A stretch of 64,000 nt of DNA, taken from contig DAOUEJ010000216.1 in NCBI GenBank assembly GCA_034430615.1, forward strand, positions 19,016-83,015, given 5' to 3'. A model generated the notes under the pieces. That model was not told where the DNA came from. It searched no databases and was given only the letters and a program-made list of their open reading frames with translations. The translations under genes and the position numbers were made by a program. This document shows, in pieces, positions 1-9,743 of this stretch; positions within the stretch are counted from its first letter, which is position 1; each line of letters opens with the position of its first letter. Origin of the DNA: Anaerolineales bacterium. Lineage in GTDB: Bacteria; Chloroflexota; Anaerolineae; Anaerolineales; E44-bin32.

Positions 1-1564
1 CGGCCGTTGGCTGGGAAGGAGGAAAGGATCCATCGCTGCCGTGGTTGTGATCCTGCTCTATACCGTGATGGTTGGCGCGCAGCCGGCCGTAGTGCGGGCA
101 GCGATCATGGCCTCTCTCGGGTTACTGGCGCGCTATCTTGGGCGTGTGAATGATGCGCTGCGAGCTCTTGGGATCGCGGCATGTTTGATGACCGCCATCG
201 ACCCCTATGCGCTCTGGGATGTCGGGTTTCAACTCTCCTTTGCCGCAACATTGGGTTTGATCCTCTACGCTGACCCGCTCCAGCGTTGGGCTGAGAGAGC
301 GCTGAACCGTCGGTTCGATCCGCGCGTCGCGCAGCGCGCCGCTCCCCTTCTCGGTGAATATGCACTGTTCACGCTCGCTGCACAGATCACAACCCTGCCC
401 ATCACCGCCATCGTTTTCCACCGCATCTCGCTGGTCTCTCTGGCGGCGAACATCACAATCCTTCCGCTGCAGCCCGGCCTGATGTTCCTGGGTGGAGCAG
501 CTATGCTCGCTGGCGCCATCTTCAGTCCTCCCGGACAAATGCTTGCCTGGCTCGCGTGGCCATTCGCAGCCGCCACCATCCGGATCGTCCAGCTCTGGTC
601 CGGTCTCTCTTCCGCCTCCATCCCAATTGGAGAATTCGATGGACTGCTTGTCATCGGTTATTACAGCCTGCTGTTCGGAACCACCTACATCCTCTCGCGC
701 CTCGGTCAGCGACCCGACGTGGGTATGGTGAGCTGGGTCAGGAAAGCCTTCTCACCCGCCTTGCTCCTATCTGGCCTCTTCCTGGCTTCGCTGCTGGCAT
801 GGCATGCCCTCCTGCGCCGGCCGGATGGCCAATTCCATGTCCACCTCCTGAACGTAGGTTCTGGTGATTCGATCCTGATCGACACTCCCGGGGGAGGCCG
901 GATCTTGATCGATGGCGGGCCAAGCTCCAATCACCTCACAGATCGGCTCAGCCATTATTCCTCACTCTTCGACAAACAGATCGATTGGTTGATCCTGGCC
1001 GGGAAAGATTATGATCAACTGGGAGGTCTGCTTGGGCTTGTGAAGCGTTTCCCTGTAGAGAGAGCGCTCATAGGCGTGGTGGACCCAGGGAGCACGGGGC
1101 GGAGGGTGCTGGAAGAACTCAACCAGCACTCAGTCGAAACGATCGAGCCACTTATCGGCAGCAAGCTTGATCTCGGACAGGGCGCAGTGCTCGAGGTGCT
1201 CTTGTCTGGACCACAGGGGTTGCTGTTGGTAATTGACTATAACGCGCTGCAAATTCTGCTTACACCAGGTGCAGACCCATCATCCATCCAACGCATCAGC
1301 CAGAGGACCGATCTGCGCTATTGGTCGGTTATCATGCTACCGGCGTGTGGTGATCCTGCTGTCGTACCCGAATCATGGTTATCACAGCTATCGGCAGTCG
1401 CGTTCGTGCTCTCCTGTGAGGCAGGAACTGATCCATTTTCTACGCAGGATTTGCCGCCTCCCGTAACCAACTCGAGCAACATCCTCAGGACGAATATCCA
1501 TGGCGATCTTACGATCAGCAGCGACGGAACCGAGCTCTGGATCGATGTCGAACGGACTCCTTGA
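1..1564 (+). CDS. comEC: Competence protein ComEC/Rec2 (DNA internalization channel), 5' end cut by the window edge
   Basis: The frame is open from the window edge, with no stop upstream of 41. A polytopic membrane region resembles the ComEC competence domain (VMVGAQPAVVRAAIMASLGLLA). It is followed by a metallo-beta-lactamase-fold segment, HVHLLNVGSGDSILIDTPGGGRILIDGGP. Confidence 0.85.
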   Translation, partial: GRWLGRRKGSIAAVVVILLYTVMVGAQPAVVRAAIMASLGLLARYLGRVNDALRALGIAACLMTAIDPYALWDVGFQLSFAATLGLILYADPLQRWAERALNRRFDPRVAQRAAPLLGEYALFTLAAQITTLPITAIVFHRISLVSLAANITILPLQPGLMFLGGAAMLAGAIFSPPGQMLAWLAWPFAAATIRIVQLWSGLSSASIPIGEFDGLLVIGYYSLLFGTTYILSRLGQRPDVGMVSWVRKAFSPALLLSGLFLASLLAWHALLRRPDGQFHVHLLNVGSGDSILIDTPGGGRILIDGGPSSNHLTDRLSHYSSLFDKQIDWLILAGKDYDQLGGLLGLVKRFPVERALIGVVDPGSTGRRVLEELNQHSVETIEPLIGSKLDLGQGAVLEVLLSGPQGLLLVIDYNALQILLTPGADPSSIQRISQRTDLRYWSVIMLPACGDPAVVPESWLSQLSAVAFVLSCEAGTDPFSTQDLPPPVTNSSNILRTNIHGDLTISSDGTELWIDVERTP

Positions 1565-1648
1565 ACGGCAGGGTATCGGAGACAGATCCCAATAACGTAC
1601 AATTCTAAACTTGGATCACATAACCGGGCGACTCAAAGGAAGGTTCTC

Positions 1649-3454
1649 ATGCCGATGAACGAAATCCCCAAGCGTGCCCAGATCGATTCGCGTTACACCT
1701 GGAACCGGGAGAGCATGTACCCAACATCTGAAGCCTGGGAGCAGGCCTTCGAGAGCGCGCGGGAGGAGATCGATGCCTACGCGGGTTTACATGAGGACTT
1801 CACCAGCAATGCCGTGAACCTGCGGAACGCGCTTAATTCTGCCTTCGAACTGCACAACCTGGTCGAGCGCGTGATGCTCTACGCCGCACTCGAATTCAGT
1901 GTTGATACAACCGACGATGAGTCTGCGGGCAGGAACAGCCGGGCTCGCAAGCTGCAAGCCGACGCCCGATCTGCAACCTCCTTCCTTGACCCCGGCATCT
2001 TGCAACTCGGCCAACCTACCGTGCTCACATGGATGGATGAAGAACCCGGCTTGAGAATTTACACCCATTATCTGAACGATCTTTTTCGCAAGGCCAAACA
2101 CGTCCGCTCTGAAGAAGTCGAGGCTTTGTTGGGCATGATCAATGATCCTTTCTCCGGGACCAGCAACACGGTTAGTATGCTGACCAACGCCGATATGCAC
2201 TTCGGCAGTGCGCGAGATTCGCAGGGCAGTGAGTTCCAGATCACACAAGGCTCTGTCCCTACGCTCATGACCCGTCCCGACCGGACACTGCGCCAGAACA
2301 CATGGGAGCGGTACCGCGATCGCTACCTTGAATATAAGAACACCCTCGCCAGCAGTCTCGAGACTTCGACCAAGCAGGCTGTATTTGTTGCCCGCGCGCG
2401 CGGCCACGAGTCAACCCTTCAAGCCGCGCTCTACCCCCATAACCTTCCGACCGAAGTGTTCCACAACCTGCTGGCTACCTTCGAAGAGCATCTTCCAGTC
2501 TGGCACCGCTACTTCTCACTCCGCAAGCGCCTGCTCGGGCTCGAGCAGCTACAGCTCTATGATGTCTGGGCACCGCTGACGGAAAACCCGCCTGAAATCT
2601 CCTTCGAACAAGCCATCGACTTTATCTGTGAGGGTCTTACTCCTCTTGGTGAGGAATACGTGGATACGCTTCGGCGCGGCGCACTGGAGAAACGCTGGAT
2701 CGATGTCTTCCCCAACCAGGGCAAACGGCAGGGCGCTTTCTCCTGGGGGACACCCGGAACACATCCTTTTATCGTGATGAACTACGACAACACTCTCTTC
2801 AGCTTGAGTACGCTGGCGCATGAACTCGGGCATTCGATGCACAGCTACCTGTGCTGGAAGACACAACCCCTGGTTTACGCTGACTATTCGTTATTCGTGG
2901 CGGAGGTTGCCTCCAATATGCATCAGGCCTTGGTGCGGGCATACCTGCTTGAGACTCAGGCTGATCCTGACTTTCAGATCGCATTGATTGAAGAAGCCAT
3001 GTCAAATTTCCACCGCTACTTACTTCAGATGCCAACCCTGGCTCGGTTTGAATGGCAAATGCACCAGGATGTGAGTGCTGGCCGTGGGCTGACGAGCACC
3101 TCCTTGATCGAATGTATGGCCGATCTCTTCCAGGAAGCCTACGGTGAGGCAATGGAGATCGACCGTCCACGCGTGGGTATAACCTGGGCCACATTTGGGC
3201 ACCTTTACGTCTATTTCTATGTCTTTCAGTACGCGACAGGCATCGCCGCAGCTCAGGCGCTTGCCGCCCGTTTGCTCTCGGGTGAACAGGGGGCACGCGA
3301 TGGCTACCTCGAATTCCTGCGCTGTGGAGGTGCTCGTTACCCACTGGACGCCCTCGATCTGGCAGGCGTCGATCTCCGGACACCGGAGATCATAGCCGAG
3401 GCTTTCAATGTCTTGACACGGCTTACCGATCGATTGGAATCGTTGACGTCATGA
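1649..3454 (+). CDS. pepF: Oligoendopeptidase F, M3B family zinc metallopeptidase
   Basis: 601 aa. Zinc motif HELGH occurs in STLAHELGHSMHSY. An aaggaagg RBS precedes the ATG. Length and overall pattern are typical of PepF. Confidence 0.9.
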   Translation: MPMNEIPKRAQIDSRYTWNRESMYPTSEAWEQAFESAREEIDAYAGLHEDFTSNAVNLRNALNSAFELHNLVERVMLYAALEFSVDTTDDESAGRNSRARKLQADARSATSFLDPGILQLGQPTVLTWMDEEPGLRIYTHYLNDLFRKAKHVRSEEVEALLGMINDPFSGTSNTVSMLTNADMHFGSARDSQGSEFQITQGSVPTLMTRPDRTLRQNTWERYRDRYLEYKNTLASSLETSTKQAVFVARARGHESTLQAALYPHNLPTEVFHNLLATFEEHLPVWHRYFSLRKRLLGLEQLQLYDVWAPLTENPPEISFEQAIDFICEGLTPLGEEYVDTLRRGALEKRWIDVFPNQGKRQGAFSWGTPGTHPFIVMNYDNTLFSLSTLAHELGHSMHSYLCWKTQPLVYADYSLFVAEVASNMHQALVRAYLLETQADPDFQIALIEEAMSNFHRYLLQMPTLARFEWQMHQDVSAGRGLTSTSLIECMADLFQEAYGEAMEIDRPRVGITWATFGHLYVYFYVFQYATGIAAAQALAARLLSGEQGARDGYLEFLRCGGARYPLDALDLAGVDLRTPEIIAEAFNVLTRLTDRLESLTS

Positions 3455-3505
3455 ACCGGGCTGGTTGAACAAAGCGCGGAGTTCGAAGTTTGAGGAAGGA
3501 ATAGC

Positions 3506-3742
3506 TCAGCGGCTGATCAGCACGCTGACAATGAGGATGCCGTTGTAAATATTGTGGGAATGGGAAACGATCTGCCAGCCCTCCCCGGCCATCGCTTCCA
3601 GGCGTTTTTGGAGCAGTCCTTCGATTTCGGAGAATGCAACCCGCACTTCAGGCACCTGCTCGCTCATCGTTTCAACAACAGCTCGCATCTTCAACCGGTG
3701 AGTAAAAACAAGTGTCTTGAATTCAGCACCTGATGCGGTCAT
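3506..3742 (-). CDS. Small hypothetical protein (78 aa)
   Basis: An aaggagag RBS lies 6 nt before the ATG. The C-terminal EGWQIVS segment resembles small DUF4177-like proteins, but the family is not resolved. Confidence 0.5.
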   Translation of the reverse strand: MTASGAEFKTLVFTHRLKMRAVVETMSEQVPEVRVAFSEIEGLLQKRLEAMAGEGWQIVSHSHNIYNGILIVSVLISR

Positions 3743-3923
3743 GGAGATCTCTCCTTCGTGCTTCCCTGATCCGGCTCTCAGGGAATCGCTCTCGCCGGCT
3801 TACCTCACCAGAACCCGGGCCGTGTGAGCCAGCCGGGATTTCATCCACAGGCTGGCTCACACGTGCAGCGAGGCACCGTTTGTACTGCAAGGTCTATGCC
3901 TACTCGGACTGCCAGCAAGAACA

Positions 3924-3954
3924 CTATGAGCGACCTGCAGGAGGTCGCTCATAG
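3924..3954 (-). terminator. Perfect 12-bp inverted repeat hairpin (ctatgagcgacc-tgcagga-ggtcgctcatag), candidate terminator of the 4016..4234 gene
   Basis: The inverted repeat was read directly. It lies about 60 nt downstream of the minus-strand stop. Only a weak T-rich tail (tgttcttgc) follows it on the minus strand. Confidence 0.4.
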
Positions 3955-4015
3955 ATACAAACCGAGCCTTTATTTGCGATCAGCGCCCGTGAGGAACAAT
4001 TCGTGGGCGCCCGCA

Positions 4016-4234
4016 CTAGCCTGAGCGACTCCCGGAGGTATGGGTCAGGCTCTTGAAAAAACCATGTCCATAGGCACGGGCAATTGCATCCAGGCCGTGC
4101 ATCGAGACCGCTGTGCGCCTCCCGCTGCGGAGATCCACATAAGTTGCTCGATCCAGATTCTGCGGACAATTGATGTCACGCATCATCTCGGCCAGGCGCT
4201 GCCGGTTTTCGTCACTTAGAAGGAATTCTGCCAT
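4016..4234 (-). CDS. Hypothetical protein (72 aa from MAEFLL...)
   Basis: Sub-ORF of track ORF 4016..4282. The internal ATG at 4234 is preceded by ggtgaggg. No recognisable motif. Confidence 0.4.
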   Translation of the reverse strand: MAEFLLSDENRQRLAEMMRDINCPQNLDRATYVDLRSGRRTAVSMHGLDAIARAYGHGFFKSLTHTSGSRSG

Positions 4235-4298
4235 CGCTTTGCCCTCACCAGGTGATAACGTGTTCACGCCAACAAGATGCAAGCTTTATGCCATCTGC

Positions 4299-4326
4299 TT
4301 GACCTCTACCCCGTCGTTCGTAGAAT
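4299..4326 (+). promoter_or_regulatory. Candidate sigma70-type promoter, TTGACC-16 nt-TAGAAT
   Basis: The hexamers were read directly, about 150 nt upstream of the 4476 start. There is no other support. Confidence 0.3.
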
Positions 4327-4475
4327 CCAATTCAAGTCCATTTGGGTTCGCCCCAGGTGAGGGAATCGCTCTACAACTCTTATCCATAGGCTTCTTCAGT
4401 GCACCGGATGCGCTGGTGCAGTGTTCTTTCCCTTAACGGGGCTAGATCAAAGATTGTAGGTAGGAAGGAAAAGTA

Positions 4476-6986
4476 ATGAAACGGAAGCTGCGCGGTTTTA
4501 AACCGAAAGCGATCGGGCTTGACTTTAACCTTTACCGGGTTGAGGTACCGATCACAGGCGTCTCCGATTCACACTTAAGTGTGGTCGATGTCTGGCCGGA
4601 GGGGGTCGACCGGACGGTGCTATTCGTCCACGGATATGCGGGTGTCGCTGAAACCTGGGAATACCAGATCAACCATTTCATGCAGTTTGCGCGCGTCGTC
4701 GCCCCGGATTTACGCGGTCACGGTCAGAGTGATGCGCCCTACACCCAGTACACGATGCCCGAACTGGTCAGTGATCTCGAGACGATTACCGCCTACCTTG
4801 ATTTCCCCCAACGCTTCACGCTCGTCGGCCACTCGTTTGGCGGCTCGATCTGCATCGAGTATGCAGCCCTCCATCCTGAACGGCTCGACAAGTTGGTCCT
4901 GCTCACAACTGCCGGGGAGTATCCACTACCCCGCGCGGCCCAGCTACTATCGCGTGTACCGACTGCTGCCTTCCGCCCGCTGTGGCGCTTCCGCCCGCGC
5001 TGGAACGCCGAAGTGCATGTGATGAAACGTATGATGCTCAACAACCTGCGCAAATGGCAGGGTTGGGATGCGATGAGCAAGATTAGAACACCGACTTTGA
5101 TCGTGACCGGTGAACGAGATCGCTACTTCCCGAAATCGGTTTACCAGCGTGTGGCCACCAGTATTCCCGGGGCGGAAGTGGTCGACATCGGGGCTTCCAA
5201 GCATAAGGTCCAACTTGAGCGCCACCAGGCGGTCAACCGTGCCATCGAGCGCTTCATCCTCGGGGAGGTAGACGGTCACCGCCACAGCTGGCGCGAGAAC
5301 ACCCTGGCTCCCACCGTCCACCCGGAACGCCCCTGGCTGCGCAGCTACGGCAAACACACACCCTTCTCGATCCCCATCCCCCGTCAACCTCTGCACAGTT
5401 TCCTCGAAGTTGCTGCCGACTGGCTCCCGAAACAGGTTGCGACCGTGTTCTACGGGTCTGAGCTTACCTATCAGCAACTCAACCGCCAGGTCAACCAATT
5501 TGCCCATGCCCTACATGGCTTGGGAGTCAGTCCCGGTGACCGGGTGATGGTGGTTCTGCCCAATATGCCCCAGCTCATCATCGCCTACTATGCCACGCTC
5601 AAAATCGGCGGTGTGGTCGTCCTGCCCAACCCCGACGCCTCTGGGGAAAGCCTGCTCGGCCAGGTCCGCATGACCGGTGCCCGGGTGCTCGTCACTCTGA
5701 GTGAGTTCAGCGCACTGGCTGGTCTCATCAGCGAGAAGACCGATACCCGGGTCGTCCTTGCCTCACTTCGCAACGCCGTTTCGGGGCGAACCTACAAACA
5801 ACTGATGGCCCGCTGGGAAGCGGCCGGCTTCCAATCCGCGCGCGAGGACAGCGAGCATGCGGTCGGGATTCAAATGGATCGTTTGATGATGGATGCCTCC
5901 TGGGATTCCCCTTCCGTGAAGGTCCGGCATGATGACCCCGCAGCAATCCTCTTCACGAGTGGAACGACAGACGAACCTAAGGGTGTCTGCCTGACCCACG
6001 CCAACCTTGTCGCCAACGCGCTGCAGACCCGTCACTGGATCCCGGAGCTGGAGACCGGAAAGGAGACATTCATGGCTGTCATACCGCTCACGCACAGCTA
6101 TGGCATGACCAGTGCCATGAACATCCCGATCGCCATGGCGGCGACGATCATCCTGCTCCCGGTCTTTGAACTTGATCAAGTACTCGAACATATCAAGGCT
6201 TACAAGCCAACCATCTTCCCCGGTGTACCCTCGATTTACATGGCCCTGAACCAGGCTCCGAATGTACGCGAGTACGGGCTCGAGTCGATAAAGGCCTGTA
6301 TCAGCGGCGCAGCACCACTGCCAATCGAAGTCCAGGAGACCTTTGAAAAGCTCACCCACGGCCGCCTGGTGGAGGGTTATGGCTTGACGGAAGCTTCTCC
6401 GGTGACCCATGCCTACCCCTTTGATGGACCGGAAAAACCGGGCTCGATGGGCATCCCCATCCCTGGAACAGAGGCGCGCATCGTCGACCTGGTCAGCGGT
6501 GAGCCGCTTTCACCCGGACAAGTCGGCGAACTGCTTGTGCGCGGGCCGCAGGTTATGCAGGGCTACTGGGCAGGTCCGGATCACGAACCAAACCAGGATT
6601 CACTGAAGGACGGCTGGCTTTATACGGGCGATGTTGCAGTCATGGATAGTGAAGGCTTCTTCACGATCATCAGCCGCAAGCGTGACACCATCATGGCTGG
6701 CGAGTTCAGCGTTTACCCGCGCGACGTTGAGGAAGTGCTTTACGAGAACAGTAAGGTGCTCGAGGTAGCGGTGGTTGGGGTCCAGTCCGAAGATGGCGGG
6801 CAGAAGGTCAAGGCCTTCGTCGTCCCACGCCCGGGAATGGACCTCTCGGAGGAGGAGCTGCTCGAACTCTGCCGCAGGCGGTTGGAACCCTACGCTGTAC
6901 CCTGGGAGATCGAATTTCGCAGCGAGCTTCCAAAATCATTCGTCGGCAAGGTGCTGCGCAGGATGTTGGTCGAGCACCCCTCATGA
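4476..6986 (+). CDS. Fusion protein: N-terminal alpha/beta hydrolase + C-terminal long-chain acyl-CoA synthetase (AMP-binding, FadD-like)
   Basis: 836 aa. The N-terminal ~270 aa has VLFVHGYAG and the nucleophile elbow GHSFGG. From about residue 300 it has the adenylation motifs FTSGTTDEPKGVCLTH, GYGLTE and YTGD, and the C-terminal KSFVGKVLRR. Confidence 0.85.
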   Translation: MKRKLRGFKPKAIGLDFNLYRVEVPITGVSDSHLSVVDVWPEGVDRTVLFVHGYAGVAETWEYQINHFMQFARVVAPDLRGHGQSDAPYTQYTMPELVSDLETITAYLDFPQRFTLVGHSFGGSICIEYAALHPERLDKLVLLTTAGEYPLPRAAQLLSRVPTAAFRPLWRFRPRWNAEVHVMKRMMLNNLRKWQGWDAMSKIRTPTLIVTGERDRYFPKSVYQRVATSIPGAEVVDIGASKHKVQLERHQAVNRAIERFILGEVDGHRHSWRENTLAPTVHPERPWLRSYGKHTPFSIPIPRQPLHSFLEVAADWLPKQVATVFYGSELTYQQLNRQVNQFAHALHGLGVSPGDRVMVVLPNMPQLIIAYYATLKIGGVVVLPNPDASGESLLGQVRMTGARVLVTLSEFSALAGLISEKTDTRVVLASLRNAVSGRTYKQLMARWEAAGFQSAREDSEHAVGIQMDRLMMDASWDSPSVKVRHDDPAAILFTSGTTDEPKGVCLTHANLVANALQTRHWIPELETGKETFMAVIPLTHSYGMTSAMNIPIAMAATIILLPVFELDQVLEHIKAYKPTIFPGVPSIYMALNQAPNVREYGLESIKACISGAAPLPIEVQETFEKLTHGRLVEGYGLTEASPVTHAYPFDGPEKPGSMGIPIPGTEARIVDLVSGEPLSPGQVGELLVRGPQVMQGYWAGPDHEPNQDSLKDGWLYTGDVAVMDSEGFFTIISRKRDTIMAGEFSVYPRDVEEVLYENSKVLEVAVVGVQSEDGGQKVKAFVVPRPGMDLSEEELLELCRRRLEPYAVPWEIEFRSELPKSFVGKVLRRMLVEHPS

Positions 6987-7058
6987 CCAACCCATGCCCG
7001 GGGGAAGGATTCACCAGTTCCCTTCGCAGCTCCGGAGATTTACAATACTAGGACTTCG

Positions 7059-7787
7059 ATGCTTCGGCGACGCTGGATTTGGTGGCTGGTTGTCCTGGGC
7101 ATTCTGTTTACAGGTGGATACTTGATGCTTCAACCCCGCTGGATCGTTCGGCGCTTAAACGGACATTCTCCAGGCGTACTCTACGCCGTGGACACTGATT
7201 CCCCTGTTATCGCCCTCACCATCGACGATGGCCCCGATCCGGAATCCACCCCGCGCATCCTTGAAATCCTCAATGAATACGAGGCACGTGCAACCTTCTT
7301 CCTGCTCACCGATCGCATTCCCGGATCGGAGGGGCTGGTTCAGCAGATCGTTAGCGGCGGCCACGAACTCGGCAACCACATGCTCACAGACCAGGCAAGC
7401 ATCCGGCTCTCAGCTTCGGAATTTGAGAAGCGTCTCCTCGATGCGCAGCGCGTTCTGGAAACCTACGCGGAAACCAGATGGTTTCGCCCCGGTTCAGGAT
7501 GGTACAACCAGGAGATGCTCTCCACTGTCACCCGCCACGGATACCACACGGCTCTCGGCTCGATATATCCGTACGATGCGCACCTGCCTTCATCCTGGCT
7601 GGCCTCGCGCTACATCCTGTGGCGAGCGCATCCAGGAGGCGTGATCATCCTGCACGATTCGGAAGCGCGAGGCGAACGGACCGTGGATACTTTGAAAGTT
7701 ATCCTGCCGGCGCTTCAGGAACGAGGCTACCGCATCGTAACCCTGACCGAACTCATCCAGCACGCAGACCAGGAAGGCCAATCCTGA
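7059..7787 (+). CDS. Polysaccharide deacetylase (NodB homology domain), N-terminal membrane anchor
   Basis: ALTIDDGPDPESTPRILEILNEYEARATFFLL and GHELGNH are NodB motifs 1-2. A single N-terminal TM helix is present. Confidence 0.85.
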   Translation: MLRRRWIWWLVVLGILFTGGYLMLQPRWIVRRLNGHSPGVLYAVDTDSPVIALTIDDGPDPESTPRILEILNEYEARATFFLLTDRIPGSEGLVQQIVSGGHELGNHMLTDQASIRLSASEFEKRLLDAQRVLETYAETRWFRPGSGWYNQEMLSTVTRHGYHTALGSIYPYDAHLPSSWLASRYILWRAHPGGVIILHDSEARGERTVDTLKVILPALQERGYRIVTLTELIQHADQEGQS

Positions 7788-7813
7788 CCCACACTTTTTC
7801 AAGGAGCATACTC

Positions 7814-8890
7814 ATGACCGATGGTGCCTATCGTCGTCTCGCCCAGCGGTTGGATGAGCTGCCGGATGGATTTCCGGCCACGCAGGATGGGTCCGAACTG
7901 GACCTGCTGGAAGTACTCTTTACTCCGGAGGAAGCCGATCTCGCCTCACATCTGCGTCTGACACCCGCCACGCCTGAATCGATCGCCTCTCAGCTTGGAA
8001 TGGACGCTGAGCACGTACGCATCCAACTCAAGCAAATGGCCAAGAAAGGCTTGATCGCGGCCGAGCGCACAGCTGATGGACTGGGCTATGGGTTAATGCC
8101 GTTCATCGTTGGGATTTATGAGATGCAGGCCGGTCGCATCGATCGCGAGCTTGCTGAACGCTTCGAGGCCTACTACCAGCAAGCCTTTGTCCAGGCCGTT
8201 GGAACCCAGCCATACTTCCACCGGGTTTTGCCCGTCCAGGAAACGATCGAGCTCGAGATGGAACTTCAGCCGTATGAGAGCACGGCGGCCTTAATCGACC
8301 AGGCTCAAGCGTGGGGGGTGGTGGACTGCATCTGCCGCGTCCAGAAATCCCTGATCGGGGAGGGTTGTGAACACCCTCTCGATGTCTGTATGATCCTGAG
8401 TTCGCAACCCGGCGCTTTCGATGCCAGCTCAAGCGTCAAGGCCCTTGACCACGATGGCGCCATTGCCACCCTGCGCAGGGCGGCCGAAGCCGGACTTGTC
8501 CACACCGTCAGCAACCACCAGGAAGGGCACTGGTACATCTGCAACTGCTGCACTTGCTCATGCGGGATTCTGCGCGGGCTGAAAGAATTTGGCGTGGCGA
8601 ATGTGGTCGCGCATTCCCGCTTCCTCAGCCAGGTCGAGGAAGAACTTTGTGTGGGATGCGAACTTTGCCTGGAATGGTGTCAGTTCGAAGCCCTTACCCA
8701 CGCGGAAATTGCGCAGGTTGACGCTGATCGCTGCGTCGGATGCGGGGTGTGCGTCATTCACTGCCCGGAGAATGCACTCACGCTTATCGAACGGACGACA
8801 GGGGAATCCCCCGTCCCTCCGCTCACGCTCGAGGAATGGCGGTCAGCACGTGCCCTTTCCCGCGGTATTGACCTGAATCACGTGATCTAA
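7814..8890 (+). CDS. 4Fe-4S dicluster domain protein
   Basis: ATG at 7814 (MTDGAYRRLAQRLDEL). The track ORF start at 7478 overlaps the previous gene and was rejected. Two ferredoxin motifs, CVGCELCLEWC and CVGCGVCVIHCP, plus extra Cys clusters (CNCCTCSC). Confidence 0.7.
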   Translation: MTDGAYRRLAQRLDELPDGFPATQDGSELDLLEVLFTPEEADLASHLRLTPATPESIASQLGMDAEHVRIQLKQMAKKGLIAAERTADGLGYGLMPFIVGIYEMQAGRIDRELAERFEAYYQQAFVQAVGTQPYFHRVLPVQETIELEMELQPYESTAALIDQAQAWGVVDCICRVQKSLIGEGCEHPLDVCMILSSQPGAFDASSSVKALDHDGAIATLRRAAEAGLVHTVSNHQEGHWYICNCCTCSCGILRGLKEFGVANVVAHSRFLSQVEEELCVGCELCLEWCQFEALTHAEIAQVDADRCVGCGVCVIHCPENALTLIERTTGESPVPPLTLEEWRSARALSRGIDLNHVI

Positions 8891-8896
8891 ACCTTC

Positions 8897-9652
8897 ATGG
8901 GCCTCCCCTACAGCGGGTTATCACTCCCCGGTCGGCGCAAGCCTTACCTGATGGCGCATCGCGGCAACCGCGCCCTCTTCCCCGAGAACACCCGCTCAGC
9001 ATTCATGCGGGCTTTCGAGGATGGCTCTGACATCCTCGAAACCGACCTGCAACTATCGGCCGACGACGTCTTTATGTGTATTCATGATGGCACAGTCGAT
9101 CGTACAACCAACGGCCATGGATCGGTGGCGGATCTAAGCCTGTCGGAGCTGCAGCGCCTCGACGCAGCCGCAAGCCATCCAGATCTCCCTCCGGAAATCA
9201 TACCGACACTGGAAGAGCTGAGTTCCTGGCTTCCACAAGATGTGGGGCTGGCGCTGGAGTTGAAATCGGATCGCTTCCTCGAACCTGGAATTGCGTCGAG
9301 ACTCCTCCGGCTTCTCCGTGAGGCAGACATCCTGAACCGAACCGTGATCCTATCCTTCAGCCAGGAGCGGTTGCGTTCAGTTAAGGCCCTCGATCCAGCC
9401 GTGCCCATCGGCTGGATTACTTTGAAGAGCGCCATCCCTCGCGGTACGTTCGAGATGCTGGGGCCGTTTTGGCCGCTGCTCATGCTCAACCCGTTCTTTG
9501 TTCGATGGGCCCACCGGCGACATCAAGTTGTTGCGCCGCTCGATTCGGCCCCGGAAGCCCGGCTGGGTTATTATTCATGGCTGGGGTGCGATGCTGTACT
9601 CAGCGATCACCCGCACATCACGGCCGAGAAGCTCGACAAGCTGCGAGGCTGA
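8897..9652 (+). CDS. Glycerophosphodiester phosphodiesterase family protein
   Basis: AHRGNRALFPENTRSAF ... LETDLQLSADDVFMCIHDGTVDRTTNG is the GDPD catalytic pattern. Confidence 0.85.
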   Translation: MGLPYSGLSLPGRRKPYLMAHRGNRALFPENTRSAFMRAFEDGSDILETDLQLSADDVFMCIHDGTVDRTTNGHGSVADLSLSELQRLDAAASHPDLPPEIIPTLEELSSWLPQDVGLALELKSDRFLEPGIASRLLRLLREADILNRTVILSFSQERLRSVKALDPAVPIGWITLKSAIPRGTFEMLGPFWPLLMLNPFFVRWAHRRHQVVAPLDSAPEARLGYYSWLGCDAVLSDHPHITAEKLDKLRG

Positions 9653-9743
9653 TCGGCCGTTTGAGGGCATTTCCCGGACAAATTACGAACTGGCGGGAGA
9701 GTCCTGACTACAACAGATCGTGCATTCCCTGAATGGAGTCCAG

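Noticed and set aside
7478-7813. Upstream extension of the 4Fe-4S protein ORF
   Set aside because: It overlaps the 3' third of the polysaccharide deacetylase gene in another frame and is Arg/Pro-rich. ATG 7814 gives a sensible N-terminus 27 nt after the deacetylase stop.
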